DNA of 63,824 nt, filler included, from Nemertoderma westbladi (lineage: Eukaryota; Animalia; Xenacoelomorpha): the NCBI GenBank assembly GCA_032718475.1. It is 3 parts of 3 records of this genome, joined end to end, with 100 filler letters (N's around TTAATTAATTAA, not from the genome) between each part and the next. Parts side by side here need not be neighbours in the genome. Positions count along the whole stretch, not along the records: positions 55,668 to 63,824 come from JAUCBJ010001907.1; 2 more parts are not named here. One strand, written 5' to 3'. Positions within the stretch are counted from its first letter, which is position 1; each line of letters begins with the position of its first letter. Made by a program: the position numbers and the translations under genes. This document shows, piece by piece, positions 60,630 through 63,824 of this stretch. The notes below the pieces were generated by a model that made no database searches, was not told the origin of the DNA, and saw only the letters and a list, made by a program, of their open reading frames with translations.

Positions 60630-63247
60630 GTGAAAAATATCGAGACTTGAAAAATATCGAGAGTAAAAATAACGAGAGTAAAAATATCGAGAGTAAAAAT
60701 AACGCGAGATGAAAAATATCGAAAATAACGAGTGTTGAAAAATATCGAGTGTTGAAAAATATCGAGAGTAAAAATATCGAGTGTTGAAAAATATCGAGTG
60801 TTGAAAAATATCGAGAGTAAAAATATCGAGAGTAAAAATATCGAGAGTAAAAATATCGAGAGTAAAAACATCCAATGTTGAAAAATATCGAGAGTAAAAA
60901 TAACGAGTGTTGAAAAATATCGAGTGTTGAAAAATATCGAGAGTAAAAATATCGAGAGTAAAAATATCCAATGTTGAAAAATATCGAGAGTAAAAATAAC
61001 GAGTGTTGAAAAATATCGAGTGTTGAAAAATATCGAGAGTAAAAATATCGAGAGTAAAAATATCCAATGTTGAAAAATATCGAGAGTAAAAATAATGAGT
61101 GTTGAAAAATATCGAGTGTTGAAAAATATCGAGAGTAAAAATATTGCATTTTGCTTGAGCATTTTATTTAGAATTATGGAACAATATTGCAGTGCATGGG
61201 TTACAACAGTGCAAGTGCAAATAAATGGCATTAATACACCTTGGGTACCCATTTACCAGATTTATTATACTAGCTAGTTTTTACCATTTTTTTAATAAAT
61301 ATTATAAAAGAATAGCTATAAATGTGGCTGGCCACGAGAAAAGGGACCTTATGTCGCAAAACCTGATTCTGAGATAATCGCGTTTAACGTTTCCCTCTAT
61401 TTTTGAACAAATTTAATTGGACTATCAATTTAGAAATGTATAAAACGATGAGGGAAATTCAAATTGGTTCTGATATTTAATATACCTAGGAAATAACTAA
61501 TTACAGGAAGCAATATAAGATGTTGCTGTATTGTATATCCCACTGTTTTAGGGTTTTCATGTCTGAATTTAGCGACTGTAATAAATTGTACTATTTATTA
61601 TGTAAGTAATGTAGGCCTGCAGTTATTTTTTAAATGTAATATGGCTGTCATTTTGTTAATTTCTGTTCGTTAGTTCTGAAATTTTGTAAGCACCTACTGC
61701 GATATTAAGTGACACTGAAGAATGAATCCCAGACTGTAATATTCAATAGTCTACCGCTAGGGGGCGATAATGTTCTAGATTGTAAATTGCTTTTTATTTT
61801 GTTAATTCCTGTCCGTTTGTGTTGAAATTTTCTAGACACCTTCTACAATATGGGTGGGACAAGGTGGACAAACATCTACAACACTCCCAATAAAGAACTC
61901 AAAATACGAATAATTTTAAATTTTCTAAAAAAAAAATTTTTTATTTTTTTTTTAATTTTCAATTTTAAAAATTTTTTTTATTTGGTAACATGTTTTTTTG
62001 AAAATTTTGAAAACTTTTTTAAATAGTTCATTAACGATATTAATAGTTTCAAAGTGTTAAAAGTTGTATAAAAAGCCGAATAACATTGAGCTGCCTAACT
62101 ATATAGTAAGAATTGCTATGATATTATTAATATTTCCCATTTTTTTAATAACAAAATTATTTTGAAAAGAGCTACACGATTCACCTTCACATAAATCGCT
62201 ATAACTTTTTTTTGGAAATAGATATTGAGACACCGTTTTTTTTGTTAAAATCTCTGGAAAATTCTGCATCTCATATGCCTAATAACTCAAAATCGACCTC
62301 CGGTGACATAAGGTCCCTTTTCTCGTGGCCAGCCACAAATTTTGATAAATATTATAAATATTGTTAAATATTATATTAGAACACGTATAAGCTACCAAAT
62401 GTTGATAAATATTTTTGTTCTAGAACATTTTTAGTAAAAAAAATTATCATACAACCCTTATTTAAAAAAATTGTTACTATCGATATTTTTACTCTCGATA
62501 TTTTTCAACACTCTATATTTTTCAACACTCGATATTTTTACTCTCGATATTTTTCAACACTCGATATTTTTCAACACTCGATATTTTTCAACACTCGATA
62601 TTTTTCAACACTCGATATTTTTCAACACTCGATATTTTTCAACACTCGATATTTTTACTCTCGATATTTTTACTCTCGATATTTTTCAACACTCGATATT
62701 TTTCAACACTCGATATTTTTCAAAACTCGATATTTTTCAACACTCGATATTTTTACTCTCGATATTTTTCAACACTCGATATTTTTACTCTCGATATTTT
62801 TAAACACTCGATATTTTTACTCTCGATATTTTTCAACACTCGATATTTTTACTCTCGATATTTTTACTCTCGATATTTTTCAACACTCGATATTTTTCAA
62901 CACTCGATATTTTTCAACACTCGATATTTTTCAACACTCGATATTTTTCAACACTCGATATTTTTACTCTCGATATTTTTACTCTCGATATTTTTCAACA
63001 CTCGATATTTTTCAACACTCGATATTTTTCAAAACTCGATATTTTTCAACACTCGATATTTTTACTCTCGATATTTTTCAACACTCGATATTTTTACTCT
63101 CGATATTTTTAAACACTCGATATTTTTACTCTCGATATTTTTCAACACTCGATATTTTTACTCTCGATATTTTTACTCTCGATATTTTTACTCTCGATAT
63201 TTTTAAACACTCGATATTTTTACTCTCGATATTTTTCCCACACTCCC
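60630..63247. mobile_element. foldback structure of inverted 15/17-bp satellite arms around an AT-rich core
   Basis: TCGAGAGTAAAAATA / TCGAGTGTTGAAAAATA units on the plus strand at 60635-61145 and as reverse complements at 62478-63237. Confidence 0.8.
61324..62336. mobile_element. MITE with 4-bp AAAT TSD (Sola1-like), nested in the foldback core
   Basis: Perfect TIR GTGGCTGGCCACGAGAAAAGGGACCTTATGTC; AAAT at 61320-23 and 62337-40. Confidence 0.85.
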
Positions 63248-63589
63248 CTTATGCTGAGATGACTCCCCTAATTGCGAAAAATCCTACAAATATTTATTTA
63301 TTGCATGTGTGCTCTTTAAGTTAAATCCTGATGTTGCTTTCTCAATGTTAAATAATTATATTAAATACTGTAGGTAGAAATACCCGTTTCTGTTACTCGT
63401 TCGCGCTTGGAGAATCACTGGCTGATAAAATTTAAGGGATCGAATAACCTGATCATTACTGAAATGCAGATCTTCTTAGTCAGTGACTCTTGGATGGGTT
63501 GAGATTGTACTCTAACCTGGAAGGTATCGTCGTTGGGGTCTCAAGTCAGACCTAAAACCATGGCTTTCTTGGTTCTGTTTCGTTTCCGT

Positions 63590-63715
63590 TTCTGCTCCTT
63601 TCTGTAACTGTTTATTGTTTTGGTTAGAATAGCCCGCATCTGTTACCTGCTCCTTTCCCTCAATTGGTATGTTACCTGCTCTTTTTTCTCATTTTGTATT
63701 GTAACTGTTTATTGT
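63590..63715. repeat. dispersed degenerate units of the 68-bp satellite
   Basis: TTTATTGTTTTGGTTAGAATAGCCCGCATCTGTTACCTGCTCCTTTCCCTCAATTGGTA matches the 37-38 kb unit. Confidence 0.8.
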
Positions 63716-63824
63716 ATGTGTAAAAGTCAGATACAATTAAACAATTTTTTGCAACTAGAGGGGAGTTATCTCAGCCTAAAGGGAGTGTTCTCAGTACTCA
63801 GCCTAGGCTGAGAAGACTGTGGAG

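Noticed and set aside
60543-62803. Phe/Ile-rich ORFs resembling membrane proteins
   Set aside because: Translations of the 15/17-bp satellite.

Overview
AT-rich, repeat-dominated eukaryotic DNA, most likely from an invertebrate animal; nothing here looks prokaryotic. Two 100-bp assembly gaps padded with TTAATTAATTAA mean the three segments may not be truly contiguous. Host content is sparse: one intronless IBA57 gene (16732-17724, minus), two phase-compatible exons of an unidentified minus-strand gene (52095-52284, 50644-50850) and a broken LRR/F-box-like pseudogene. The rest is a nested patchwork of mobile DNA. Retroelements: two LTR-element ends, a decayed and an apparently intact Penelope-like element (RT + GIY-YIG, followed by a candidate hammerhead ribozyme), four RTE-LINE pieces, other LINE scraps, tRNA-derived SINEs and Gypsy/Ginger integrase remnants. 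DNA elements: a CACTA transposase remnant and many MITE/foldback elements (hAT, Harbinger, Tc1/mariner, Sola-like, MULE/Merlin-like, Transib-like, HINE-like). Tandem arrays have units of 15/17, 30, 40, 47, 52, 53, 57 and 68 bp. Best leads: (1) an LTR element whose last ORF before the PPT is a triple zinc-knuckle protein; (2) an LTR element whose first ORF is made continuous only by removing a 44-nt intron; (3) a PLE hammerhead with an extended stem II; (4) foldback transposons whose arms are satellite arrays, one family carrying heat-shock-element triplets. All calls are by eye, with no database searches.
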